A program made the position numbers and the translations under genes. The notes beneath the pieces were generated by a model. It ran no database searches. It was not told where the DNA came from and worked only from the letters and a program-made list of their open reading frames with translations. Of a stretch of DNA of 64,000 nucleotides, positions 37,945-47,918 are shown piece by piece. Source of the DNA: an uncultured delta proteobacterium (GTDB lineage: Bacteria; Desulfobacterota; Zymogenia; Zymogenales; Zymogenaceae); contig CAWBYW010000018.1 in NCBI GenBank assembly GCA_963792965.1, forward strand, positions 32,001-96,000. The letters run 5' to 3'. How positions within the stretch are numbered: position 1 is the stretch's first letter; every line of letters starts with the position of its first letter.

Positions 37945-40713
37945 ATGAAATCATATCGACTATACGCCATCTTGATCTCTCTCCTTGTGATCCTTTCGGC
38001 CGGCATATTCGTGCCGGGTGCCGCGCTTGCGGCGGACACCGATTCGTCTCATTCCGTCTACTTCCGGCCGGCCATCAGGTTCGGGACGGATAACCGTACG
38101 CTCTACATCCTCGATCTTCTGGCGCCGGTCTATCGGGGCGACAAGGACCTCTTCTTTGTCAACGCAAAGTTCACCCCCGACGACCTCGACGCCTGGGAGA
38201 TCAACGCCGGCGTCGGGTATCGTCGGCTCGTCCTGGACGACAAGCTCCTTCTTGGCGGCAACCTCTTCTACGACCACCGGAAGACCTCCTACGGCTCCCA
38301 CTTCAACCAGATCGGGCTGGGCGCCGAGGCGATGACGGAGATCAAGGGGATCGGCCTGACGGGACGCATCAACTACTATCAGCCGTTCGATAAGCTCAGA
38401 AAGGGCGAAGGCTCCGCCTACGCGTTTTACGGCAACGGCATCTACGGCGCCGGCGTCGAGGAGGCGATGACGGGCCTCGACTACGAGGCGGGCGTGCGCA
38501 TCCCCTTTGTCTCGAACTACGTGGAGACCTGGGCCTACGCGGGGGGGTATAACTTCTTCGGAAGCCACGTGCCGGACGTGAACGGGTTCTCGGCCCGGAT
38601 CGAGGCCATACCCACCGATTTCATGCGGCTGAACTTCGAGTATCGAAACGATAACGTCGACCACGACCAGTTCTACGGCGAGGTGGCCTTTGAAGTGCCC
38701 TTCTCCGTCGGCAACCTCGTGACGGGCAAGAACCCCTTCGAGGGCCTCGGCTCCCGCATCGGGGGCACTCGGGACCTCAAAGAGCGGATGGTGGAGCCGG
38801 TGCGGCGTGACGTCGACATCGTCGTGAAGGACGGCGCGCTTTCCCCCGAGGAAGCCGCCGCCAACGGCGACATGGCCGCCGGCGCGATCTTCGTGGCCGA
38901 TAACGCCCCCAACGGCGGGGACGGCTCGTTTGAACATCCGTACAACAACCTCGGGGACGCGGCCAACGATCCCCGGCTGGGCAACACCATCAGCGTTGTC
39001 CACGTGCTTCCGGGCGCCGGCTCGGGCCTTTCGGGAGAGACGTTTAACCAGGCAGGCATCACCATCTGGGGCGCGGGGGCGCCAAACCCCGCCTTCCCGA
39101 ACGTGGTCAACTTCGTGCAGGGCTGGCCCCTCGTTTACTCGACGCTCTCCATGGGCGGCCCGAACATGAAGGTGCTGGGGCTCAACCTTGACGTCTCGAA
39201 CTACAGCGCCATAGAGGTTCAGACCGGCGCCCTGTCCACGGGCTTTTCGATTTTCTCAAACAGGATATCCAACCACGGGGGGATCTACGGGATCCACGCG
39301 GAAGGCTTGGGAGACGTCGGCGCGCCGGGCGCGCCCGCGATCATCTCCGGCAACAGCATCACGGTAGGCGCCGGTGAGGGCTGGACCGACGCGGCGATGG
39401 GGTCGTATCTCGAATCGTACGCCGGCAACGTCTACGCCCGGATACTCAACAACACGATAACGGACTCCGAAGGCCGGTACTCCGCGGCCGGAATCGAAGT
39501 AACCGCGGACAGCGGAGATTTTATCGGCTCGATTTCCGGAAACACCATCTCAGGGATCTACTCGGAGGGAGAATCCTACGGGATCTATGTAGCTGCCGGT
39601 AATGATTTCAGGGGCGACATTTCTGGAAACAGGATCTCCGACATCGATGCCTTTGACAACTACGGGATCTCCGCGACCGGCATCTACGTCGGAGTGGACA
39701 ACGACATGGCGGCCTCCATCTCCGGAAACATCGTCAGCGGCATCTACGCCGACTATGCCGATGAAGCCTTCGCGTCCGGTATCTCTGTTGAAGCGAACGA
39801 CGGAGACGTTACCGGCTCGATTACCGGAAACACCGTCAGCGATGTCAGCGCCACCGACGCCTACTATCATGCCGAAGCCGATGGGATTGACGCTTACGCG
39901 GATGGTGATGTTACCGGCTCGATCTCTGGAAACACGGTCAGCGGCATCAGCGCCTACGACGCCGAAGAAGCCTACGCGTACGGCATCTCTGCGGAAGCTG
40001 ACAGCGGAGACTTTACCGGCTCGATTACCGGAAACACCGTCAGCGGCATCTATGCCGACTCTAACGGAGAAGCCTACGCGTACGGGATTTACAGCTACGC
40101 GGGCAATGATTTCCTCGGCTCGATCTCCAAAAACACGATAGCCGGGGTGAGTGCCGACGGCGCTGACTACGCCTGGGCGAACGGTATTGGGGTGGAGACG
40201 GGCGGGGTGTTCGGCGGCTCGATTTCCGGAAATAGGATATCCGGGGTCGATGGCTGGGATTATGCGGCGGGGATCCGTCTTTATGCCAACTACGGCATCG
40301 CCGCGTCCATTTCCGACAACACCATCTCCGGCATCGGCTCCGACAATAGTGCGGCGGGGATCGCCCTGCTTTCCGAGGGCGACATCACGGGGTCCATAAC
40401 GAACAACCTCCTGGACGTTACCGCCGATGATGACGCGTACGGCCTGTACGCAAATGTGTTAGGCTCCCTCGGGACGGCCTCATCGCCGCTGATCTTTACC
40501 GGAAACAGCGGGACCCTCAACGCTGAGGCGGCCTATATGGCGTACCTGAATACGGCCACCCCGTCTATGAGCAACGTCTTCATCGGGCACGGCCACGACG
40601 ACATGGGCGATAACCACTTTTCCACCACCGGCGTTTGGGCCGGCAACTATCCTGCCGACGGCGGCCGGATCTTGGCCGACTGGTATCCGGAATTTAACTA
40701 CATCCATCCTTAA
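37945..40713 (+). CDS. Inverse autotransporter (intimin/invasin-type beta-barrel) with parallel beta-helix passenger
   Basis: Signal peptide; INAGVGYRRL, GGNLFYD, QIGLGAE, GLDYEAG and EPVRRDVDIV barrel motifs; GDGSFEHPY; repeated GSI(S/T)GNT(I/V)SGI units. Confidence 0.8.
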   Translation: MKSYRLYAILISLLVILSAGIFVPGAALAADTDSSHSVYFRPAIRFGTDNRTLYILDLLAPVYRGDKDLFFVNAKFTPDDLDAWEINAGVGYRRLVLDDKLLLGGNLFYDHRKTSYGSHFNQIGLGAEAMTEIKGIGLTGRINYYQPFDKLRKGEGSAYAFYGNGIYGAGVEEAMTGLDYEAGVRIPFVSNYVETWAYAGGYNFFGSHVPDVNGFSARIEAIPTDFMRLNFEYRNDNVDHDQFYGEVAFEVPFSVGNLVTGKNPFEGLGSRIGGTRDLKERMVEPVRRDVDIVVKDGALSPEEAAANGDMAAGAIFVADNAPNGGDGSFEHPYNNLGDAANDPRLGNTISVVHVLPGAGSGLSGETFNQAGITIWGAGAPNPAFPNVVNFVQGWPLVYSTLSMGGPNMKVLGLNLDVSNYSAIEVQTGALSTGFSIFSNRISNHGGIYGIHAEGLGDVGAPGAPAIISGNSITVGAGEGWTDAAMGSYLESYAGNVYARILNNTITDSEGRYSAAGIEVTADSGDFIGSISGNTISGIYSEGESYGIYVAAGNDFRGDISGNRISDIDAFDNYGISATGIYVGVDNDMAASISGNIVSGIYADYADEAFASGISVEANDGDVTGSITGNTVSDVSATDAYYHAEADGIDAYADGDVTGSISGNTVSGISAYDAEEAYAYGISAEADSGDFTGSITGNTVSGIYADSNGEAYAYGIYSYAGNDFLGSISKNTIAGVSADGADYAWANGIGVETGGVFGGSISGNRISGVDGWDYAAGIRLYANYGIAASISDNTISGIGSDNSAAGIALLSEGDITGSITNNLLDVTADDDAYGLYANVLGSLGTASSPLIFTGNSGTLNAEAAYMAYLNTATPSMSNVFIGHGHDDMGDNHFSTTGVWAGNYPADGGRILADWYPEFNYIHP

Positions 40714-40744
40714 AAGGGTGCGGCGGATATGCCGATCGAAAAGA

Positions 40745-40830
40745 AAAGACGGGGGGGACAAAAATCCCCCCCCGTCTTTTGATGAACCGACGGATAATGG
40801 CGCGGGGCGGCGAGAGCCGCCCCTTTTTTT
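40745..40830. terminator. Two terminator hairpins
   Basis: AAAAGACGGGGGGGA...TCCCCCCCGTCTTTT and GGGGCGGC-GAGA-GCCGCCCC-TTTTTTT. Confidence 0.75.
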
Positions 40831-40917
40831 GTGCTTCTTCGGAATTGAACAAAACTCCTGCTTGAAAAACGGCCGGGGGTATAGTACCATGAGAATAGGA
40901 TTTAACACGGGGGTCGC

Positions 40918-41916
40918 ATGGAAGAAGACAGGATACTCCTTGCCCACGGCGGCGGCGGGATTTTGACACGCGAGCTCATCGAGCGGCTCATCGCCCCGGC
41001 GTTTGGGACGGATCCCCATGCGCTCCCCGACGCCGCCGCCGTCCCCGGTATGGACAACCTCCTTTTCACCACCGACTCCTTCGTGGTGAAACCCCTTCAG
41101 TTTCCCGGCGGCGACATCGGGAGCCTTGCCGTCCATGGCACGGTCAATGATCTTGCCGTCTCGGGGGCCCAGCCCATCGCCCTCTCGCTTTCCCTCATCA
41201 TCGAGGAGGGGCTGGAAGTTTCACTGCTCAAACGGATCATCGAATCGGCCGCGGCCGCGGCCCGTGCGTGCGGGGTGACCGTCGTCACCGGGGACACGAA
41301 GGTCGTCGCCCATGGAGAGGCCGATCAGCTCTTTATCACCACCGCGGGGGTGGGAAAGAGATTGATTACTACCGACCCCCGGTCAATGCGCGAGGGCGAC
41401 AGGGTAATCGTCAGCGGCCCGATCGCCGAGCACGGGATCGCCGTGATAAGCCGGCGTGAGGGGATCGATTTCGAGACGGAGGTGGTATCGGACTCCGCGC
41501 CCGTCTGGCCCTTGGTGCGGGCGCTGATCGAGGGCGGGATCGATATTCGCGTCATGCGCGACCCGACCAGGGGCGGGCTTGCGGCCTGCCTCGTAGAGCT
41601 TGCCGACGACGGCAACGTCACCGTCGAGCTCGACGAGCGCCAGATACCCGTTCGCCCGCAGGTCCTGGCGGCATGCGAGATGCTGGGGCTGGATCCCCTC
41701 ACCGTCGCCAACGAGGGCAAGCTCGTCGTCTTCCTGGCCGAGAAAGACGCCGGCCGGGCCGTCGAGATCATACGTGGTGTCTCGGGCGGGAACGCCGCCT
41801 CGATCATCGGCAGGGTCGTCAAGAGGGGGAGGAGCCCCGTGATCATGAGGACGCTGTTCGGCGGGATGCGGGTGGTAGACATGCCCTACGGTGAGGAGCT
41901 GCCGCGCATTTGCTGA
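40918..41916 (+). CDS. hypE: Hydrogenase carbamoyl dehydratase HypE
   Basis: HGGGG, TTDSFVV, GTVNDLA, RDPTRGG, ANEG and C-terminal PRIC. Confidence 0.96.
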   Translation: MEEDRILLAHGGGGILTRELIERLIAPAFGTDPHALPDAAAVPGMDNLLFTTDSFVVKPLQFPGGDIGSLAVHGTVNDLAVSGAQPIALSLSLIIEEGLEVSLLKRIIESAAAAARACGVTVVTGDTKVVAHGEADQLFITTAGVGKRLITTDPRSMREGDRVIVSGPIAEHGIAVISRREGIDFETEVVSDSAPVWPLVRALIEGGIDIRVMRDPTRGGLAACLVELADDGNVTVELDERQIPVRPQVLAACEMLGLDPLTVANEGKLVVFLAEKDAGRAVEIIRGVSGGNAASIIGRVVKRGRSPVIMRTLFGGMRVVDMPYGEELPRIC

Positions 41917-42025
41917 AGAAGCGGGGGCCGATAGCCCCTCGCGCCCCGTTTGTCCCCGGCGGCCAAAATTCTCATGCTACCTCGCCCTTTGTCCGAGCCG
42001 CCGATCCGCGCAGATAGATAGAGGA

Positions 42026-43159
42026 CTATTTTCTCCTGCCCGTGATCCCGATCTCGACAAGCGTGATCAAGAGAAAGACGGCCAGCGCCTGGACGATGAG
42101 CGTCATGGCCACGGAGAATTCGACATTCCTCAGCGCCAGGGTGGAAAGGCCGAGTATCACGTTGACGAGCACAAGGAAACCGACCGTAAGACCCTTGCCG
42201 CCTAATATCGTCTCCAGCCTGTGGTGAACATGATCACGGCCCACAAAGGCCAGAAGCTCACGCACACCCTTGACCTTCCCGGACGTAATGCGGGAGATGT
42301 TCGTATATGCCATATCGTAAATTAGGACCCCGAATATGAGGAGCGGGGTCGAAAAGGAAACGAGCGGATCATTGTTCGACCATTCTCCAATGAGCGCCAG
42401 GCACGCGAGCACAAATCCGAAAAATGAGCTCCCCGCGTCGCCGAGGAAGATCAGCGCCCTTCTTTTCGGTATGAAGTTGTAGGGAAAGAAACCCAGCGCC
42501 GCACCCAGAAGAACCACGGAGAGCCACCCGAGCTCCGGTTGGTAGGTGAGAAACGCGATCACGCCCAAAAAGAAGGAGATCGTTATGGCGATCCCCGCAC
42601 ACAGCCCGTCCATCCCGTCGATGAAGTTCATGGCGTTGGTGATCCCGACGATCCAGAGAAAGCTCAACAACAGGTTGAGGGCCTGTCCGATCGCCGTGGG
42701 GTAAAAGATGTGCACCTGCACCCCCGCGGTCGCGACCATGATAAAGGCCGCCGCCTGGGCAAGAAGCCTGATCCATTCCGTGACCCCGAGCCAATCCTCA
42801 AGTATTCCGACAAAAAGGATGATCAGGGAGGCCGAGATCACCGTGATGAGGACGGGAGTGATGATGCCGTTGAGAAATAGTGCAAGGATAAACGACAGGA
42901 AGACCGCCAGCCCTCCCAACAGGGGCGTCGGCGCCTCGTGGTCCTTTCTCCCCCCGGGGATATCCATGATACCTAAGCGCACTGACAACCGCCCGGCCGG
43001 AGGGACAAAGACGAACGAAGCGACGGTCGAGAACGACAGAAGCCATATCCACCGATGGCCCATCTCCGAAAAGAAACGAAACACCGGCGGCAGCAGCAGA
43101 AGAAGCATAACAACAAGGCCGCCCACCCAGAGCGGGCCGAACATCCGTTTCATATTCAC
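42026..43159 (-). CDS. MraY/WecA-family undecaprenyl-phosphate GlcNAc-1-P transferase
   Basis: TPLLGG, NAMNFIDGMDGL, FLGDAGS, DHVHHRL. Confidence 0.9.
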   Translation of the reverse strand: MNMKRMFGPLWVGGLVVMLLLLLPPVFRFFSEMGHRWIWLLSFSTVASFVFVPPAGRLSVRLGIMDIPGGRKDHEAPTPLLGGLAVFLSFILALFLNGIITPVLITVISASLIILFVGILEDWLGVTEWIRLLAQAAAFIMVATAGVQVHIFYPTAIGQALNLLLSFLWIVGITNAMNFIDGMDGLCAGIAITISFFLGVIAFLTYQPELGWLSVVLLGAALGFFPYNFIPKRRALIFLGDAGSSFFGFVLACLALIGEWSNNDPLVSFSTPLLIFGVLIYDMAYTNISRITSGKVKGVRELLAFVGRDHVHHRLETILGGKGLTVGFLVLVNVILGLSTLALRNVEFSVAMTLIVQALAVFLLITLVEIGITGRRK

Positions 43160-44275
43160 ATCCCAAGAACCGTCAGAAGTTCGCGCGTGACTCGTTTTTG
43201 TTCCCCGATCGTCAGTGTTGGGTAGATCGGGATCGAGACATCTTCGTGATACGCCTTTTCCGTGCCGGAAAGCCCTTCCGTTCCCGTGTACCGATACAGC
43301 TGTCTGAATACGGGCCGCCGCGCCGCTATCCCCTTCCCGTTGAGTCTCTCGATGATCGCCTGTGCGCCCCGCCGCGCTTTAACGATGAAGCGATAATGGA
43401 TGTCTTCACCCGGCGGCGCGGGAAAAGGCAGAACGACGCCGCCCGGGGAGAGTCTCTGAACATATTGGTGGTATATCTCTTGTCTCTTGGCGAGGAAATC
43501 ATCGAGCCGGACAAGCTGGCTCAGTCCGAGCGCCGCCTGAAAAGAGGTCATCCCATAGGGAAGGGCAAGGGCCTCGTCTTCCCTCTCGTCATACCGCGTC
43601 AGGTCCCGGACGCGTTCGATGATCGTGCGCTCGGACGATGCAACCATCCCGCCGCGGCCTGTCGTGATGACTTTTGTGGCGTAAAAAAGAGAAAACCGAG
43701 ACCGTTCCCCGGCTCCCAAGGGGTCTTCTCCGATAGCTTCCCCCAAGCGACTGGGCGCAGTCCTCGATGACCGGCACACCAAGCGCGACAATCTCATCGA
43801 TGGGGGCGGCCCTCCCGAAAAGGTGGACCGCGATGATCGCCCGCGTCCTCCTCGTCATCGCAGATTTGATGTGATGGGCCGTGCTGATGCCGGCCTCGGG
43901 GTCTACGTCGGCCAGGACCGGCCGGGCTCCCACATACCGGACCGCATAAAGCGGCGCGGCGCAGACATAGGCCGGGAGGATCACCTCGTCTCCCGGCCCG
44001 ACCCCGAGGGCGGCAAGCGCCAGGTGAATGGCGGCGGTCCCCGACGAGACCGCGCACGAGTAGGCACAACCCACCCGCTGTGCCACGGCCGCCTCGAATG
44101 CCGAAACCTCGGGACCGAAGGCAAGTTTGCCGGTCATCACCGAGCGAGCCGCCGCCTCGGCGTCCCCCCGGCTGATCGACGGCCGAGAATGCGGGATCGT
44201 GCCCGGTGTGTCCGGATCACCGTATGTACGATCGGGCCTCATCTTTACAGGTTGATCATCAGTCGCTCGGGACAA
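43156..44275 (-). CDS. DegT/DnrJ/EryC1/StrS aminotransferase (frameshift near 43685)
   Basis: SSGTAAIHLAL and IEDCAQS, then FYATKVITTG across an A-run frameshift. Confidence 0.88.
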
Positions 44276-44859
44276 AACCCCTCCGCGTATCGGATCCGCG
44301 CCTGGATCCCTCTAAAATTGGCCAGAGATTTAGCGATCTCGAGAATAGAGAGCCCCTCGATATTCGTTTTCATCATCTGGGAGTGATGCGCCTCGAGCGC
44401 TTCCTTCTTGATGTCAATGAACCTCTCGATATCGATAAAGACCGTGGGGGTGAAGTTCTGCGTCGAGGGGACCTCGTAGTACATGACGTTCCTGACGTAG
44501 CGCGCCGCCGATTTCAGGGCCCTCGCCAGCTCCCGGTGGTCCTGATGCGTATCGTCCCAATAGTTCACGAAGATCATGTTCGGCTTCACCTCCTGGATGA
44601 CCCGCTCAACGGTGTCGATCAGGTCTTTCTGAGGGGGCGGGAACGTATCCGGGAACCCTCCCCAGAAAACGTGCTCCGCCTTGATGACCGAACATGCGGC
44701 CTTCTGTTCCTCGGCTCGCTCTTCACCGACCCCCCCCTTCTCTCCTCTCGTCATCACCATGAGGTAGGCCGTGTGTCCGTTGCTGATGTATTTTGCCAGC
44801 GTCCCGCCGCACCCGAACTCGATGTCGTCGGGGTGCGCGCCCAATGCCAGAATATTCAT
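44245..44859 (-). CDS. PIG-L/LmbE-family N-deacetylase
   Basis: AHPDDIE and HQDH motifs. Confidence 0.9.
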   Translation of the reverse strand: MNILALGAHPDDIEFGCGGTLAKYISNGHTAYLMVMTRGEKGGVGEERAEEQKAACSVIKAEHVFWGGFPDTFPPPQKDLIDTVERVIQEVKPNMIFVNYWDDTHQDHRELARALKSAARYVRNVMYYEVPSTQNFTPTVFIDIERFIDIKKEALEAHHSQMMKTNIEGLSILEIAKSLANFRGIQARIRYAEGFCPERLMINL

Positions 44860-45545
44860 TAAGTCTTTTTCCCCCGTATATAGTCGATCGCCCGTTGTCC
44901 TACGTTAAAGAGAAGGTCTATCGTCGACAGGTTCGGCACAAAATCGCCGAAGAGCTGCGGATATTCGGGAGAGGTGAACTTCTGGAAAAGGAGCTCGATG
45001 TTCGCCTCACGAAAGACATCCGCGTCGATATACCCCTTGCCGCCCTCCCCGGAGAGGTACGTATCTCCGCCGAGCCGTCTCACGATCTCAAGGAGGCGCC
45101 TGTCCCGCTCGCCGGGCACCTCTCCGAGATCGGACGCGGTCACAAGCCTGGTCTCGATTCCGAGGAGCCGCGCAATCAGTGTGATGCATGCGATGTTGAG
45201 ATCCGACAGCCCCGCGCCGGGACCGCCGATGAGCTGTTCCACGTACCCGATATAGTCCCCAAAAAACGGCGCCCTTCCGTAGCAGGAGGTGACGCCCATG
45301 AGGTGCTTCTTGCGCCAGTCCACACCGTCGTTTATCCTGACCTCCCTGATGGTCTGACCGAAGCTGTGGATGACCGGGACCGTGAGCCACCGGGCCCCTC
45401 CCGGGCCCTTGATGAGGTTGCGGTTCTGGTACTCGTTTTTCTTAAACTGGACCGTGTCCAGGAAGACGAAGACGTCGGCCTTATCCATTTTATCAAAGTA
45501 CCCGGTCCAGGCCATGTACTGGGGCTGATGGATGGCGACGATCAC
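44859..45545 (-). CDS. WbqC-family protein
   Basis: IHQPQY..W.GYF, QNRN, YLSG.GG..Y, LSTIDLLFN. Confidence 0.9.
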   Translation of the reverse strand: MIVAIHQPQYMAWTGYFDKMDKADVFVFLDTVQFKKNEYQNRNLIKGPGGARWLTVPVIHSFGQTIREVRINDGVDWRKKHLMGVTSCYGRAPFFGDYIGYVEQLIGGPGAGLSDLNIACITLIARLLGIETRLVTASDLGEVPGERDRRLLEIVRRLGGDTYLSGEGGKGYIDADVFREANIELLFQKFTSPEYPQLFGDFVPNLSTIDLLFNVGQRAIDYIRGKKT

Positions 45546-46726
45546 GATGCCTCCCTGAGCAGTTCCCGATAGAGCGCGGCCGTCCGCTGGACGCTCGTTT
45601 CAATCCGAAAAAGGGCGCGCGCCCTCTTGCCCCCGGCCCGGCCCATCGCACGCATTTGGTTCCTGTCGGAGAGCATCTTCACACAGGCCCGCGCAAGCGC
45701 GGGCGGCTCGTCCGGGGGCACGAGGATGCCCGTTATCCCGTCCTGGACGACCTCGGGGATGCCCCCGACGCGGCTCCCTACCACCGGGAGGGACGCGGCC
45801 ATCGCCTCGATCATGCTCATGCCGAGCCCCTCATTTCTCGACGGCATGACCAGCAGGTCCGCCGCCGACAGCAGACGCCCGACGTCTTTTCTGAAGCCGG
45901 CGAAGTGAAAATGTCCACCCACCCCGAGCTTGCGCGCCTCTTTCTTGAGCGCGCTCCGTTCGGGGCCGTCGCCGACCATGAGAAACCGGACTTCCGCCCT
46001 CCCGGGAAGTCCCTCAAGGATCTCGGGCGCCGCACGGACCAGGACATCATACCCCTTCACCGTGACGAGCCTCCCGACGCAGATAACGACGATATCTTTT
46101 TCACTCCACCCCAGCTCCCGACGGACGCCGGTCCTGTCGGCGCTGAGCACGACGGCATCGACGTCGATGCCGTTGTAGACGGTTACAAACTGTCGCCCTT
46201 CTCCAATTCCCCGCGTAAGATACTCGCGCGCCCCCGCGTCCGAAAGGGTCACGATTTTTTGGCACCAGGGCGCCGCGCACCTCTCCGCGATCGTATAGGC
46301 CAGAGTCTCCCCCGCGGAGAAATAGCCGGTAAAGATGTCGCCGTGGGGGGAGTAGACCACCCGGTGATGTCCTGCGATTCGCGCAGCGAGCCTTCCCAGG
46401 AAACCGGCCTTCGAGGTATGGGTATGGACTATATCGAAAGAGCCTCTCTTTATTAAAGCGACGAGAGAAAAAAGCGCCCTCGTGTCATGGAGGGGGGAGA
46501 GCTCTCTTCTCAGCGTCCCGAGCTCTCTGATTCGCACCGGAAGCCTTCGCGCCTCGGGGAAGAGGTCGCGTCCGCGCCGCGTCGGGCCCACGGCCAGCGT
46601 CTGGGAGAATTCGTCGGGATCGAGCCGTGCCATCAGGTCCAGCAGGACACGCGGCGCCCCGCCCTCTTCCATCCGGGTGATGATGTGCAGGATTTCGATC
46701 TTTTTTCTCATACTCTCAGGCACCAT
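45542..46726 (-). CDS. GT4 glycosyltransferase
   Basis: HTHTSKAG, EGLGMSMIEAM, GGIPEVV. Confidence 0.92.
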   Translation of the reverse strand: MVPESMRKKIEILHIITRMEEGGAPRVLLDLMARLDPDEFSQTLAVGPTRRGRDLFPEARRLPVRIRELGTLRRELSPLHDTRALFSLVALIKRGSFDIVHTHTSKAGFLGRLAARIAGHHRVVYSPHGDIFTGYFSAGETLAYTIAERCAAPWCQKIVTLSDAGAREYLTRGIGEGRQFVTVYNGIDVDAVVLSADRTGVRRELGWSEKDIVVICVGRLVTVKGYDVLVRAAPEILEGLPGRAEVRFLMVGDGPERSALKKEARKLGVGGHFHFAGFRKDVGRLLSAADLLVMPSRNEGLGMSMIEAMAASLPVVGSRVGGIPEVVQDGITGILVPPDEPPALARACVKMLSDRNQMRAMGRAGGKRARALFRIETSVQRTAALYRELLREAS

Positions 46727-46766
46727 CGCACACCGCGGGGAAATCTCATGTGCCGTAAGGTCCCGA

Positions 46767-47918
46767 TCAAAACCGATACAGCTCCGTGCAGCGGATACAC
46801 GCCGGGAAGTGCCCCCGCCTTTTCACCTCCCTCCGGTACCGAACGTAGCGGTCGTTGTTCCAGATCGTCGTGAACCGCTCCTCCCTGATGTTTCCCATCA
46901 CAACCCCGTTGGAAAGGCACGGCCCCACTGCGCCATCGGGAAAAACATAGGCGACCATCCAGGGGCTCATGCAGGATGGTGAATAGCTTTCGGGGGAAAA
47001 GTTAAAAGAGGTATAGTAGGCAATAACCTCGTCATCGGTGAGGTTGGGGTAGACCGAGGCCCCCCGGCGTCTGACCTCCCCGAGCTTTCTGATCAGTACC
47101 CCCGGATCGATGGCGGGGAGACGCTCGACGACGAACCCCCGCCAGTCGCACTCGGCAATACCGAAGGTGTCCTCCATCACCTCGCGGTGGGTCGCGTAGG
47201 TATTTTGGTCGATGAATATCAGATGATGAAAGGTAACGTCCTCGGCTCCGAGGCGCCGCGCCGTTTCGAGGGTCTTTTCCATTGACTCGTAGTTGAAGTC
47301 GAATATCGTGCTGTTGACGTTGACCACCGGCGATCGGGAATGTGCGCGCGTCTTCTCCTCGGAAAGCTCGGCAAATCCACGCTCGGCGTCCCGAAAGACG
47401 CCACTCCTGTTGCGTACCCGATCGTGGATCTCGGGCGGACCGTCAAGGGAAAAGATGATCTCGTCAAGCCCCGCCCCCACGAGGCCGCGGGCGTACCGGG
47501 CAAGGAGTGTCCCGTTCGTAATGAGGTTGACCCTGAGGCCGCCGTCTTTGATCAGCCGTACGACATCGATGATATCCCTGTGGAGGAGCGGCTCCCCGCC
47601 GAAGAGCGTGATCGCGGGGGAAAAGCCACCGACCTGCCCGACGATGGCGCGGACGTCATCGAGCGACAGCTGTCGGCTCCTTTGTTCGGCGCTCAACCCG
47701 AGCGAGGCGCCCCCCTCCCCCCACTGGCCGCACATCGTGCAGCGCAGGTTACAGCGGTAGGAAAGAAGGAGCGACACCGTCTCCGGCGGCGCGCTGCGGC
47801 CACGTCCCAGGTGATACGAGAGGGTCGACCGGGCCCGTTTGACAAAGACGCGCGCGGCATATCCGGGAAACTGCCTGGCCTTCCTCAGGTTTCTCCTGAT
47901 GTTTCGTGCGGAGATCAC
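46767..47918 (-). CDS. Radical SAM enzyme with twitch/SPASM domain
   Basis: CNLRCTMC and GGEP; C-terminal C..PW....PDG.V.PC...GN...IWN...CIRC. Confidence 0.92.
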   Translation of the reverse strand: MISARNIRRNLRKARQFPGYAARVFVKRARSTLSYHLGRGRSAPPETVSLLLSYRCNLRCTMCGQWGEGGASLGLSAEQRSRQLSLDDVRAIVGQVGGFSPAITLFGGEPLLHRDIIDVVRLIKDGGLRVNLITNGTLLARYARGLVGAGLDEIIFSLDGPPEIHDRVRNRSGVFRDAERGFAELSEEKTRAHSRSPVVNVNSTIFDFNYESMEKTLETARRLGAEDVTFHHLIFIDQNTYATHREVMEDTFGIAECDWRGFVVERLPAIDPGVLIRKLGEVRRRGASVYPNLTDDEVIAYYTSFNFSPESYSPSCMSPWMVAYVFPDGAVGPCLSNGVVMGNIREERFTTIWNNDRYVRYRREVKRRGHFPACIRCTELYRF

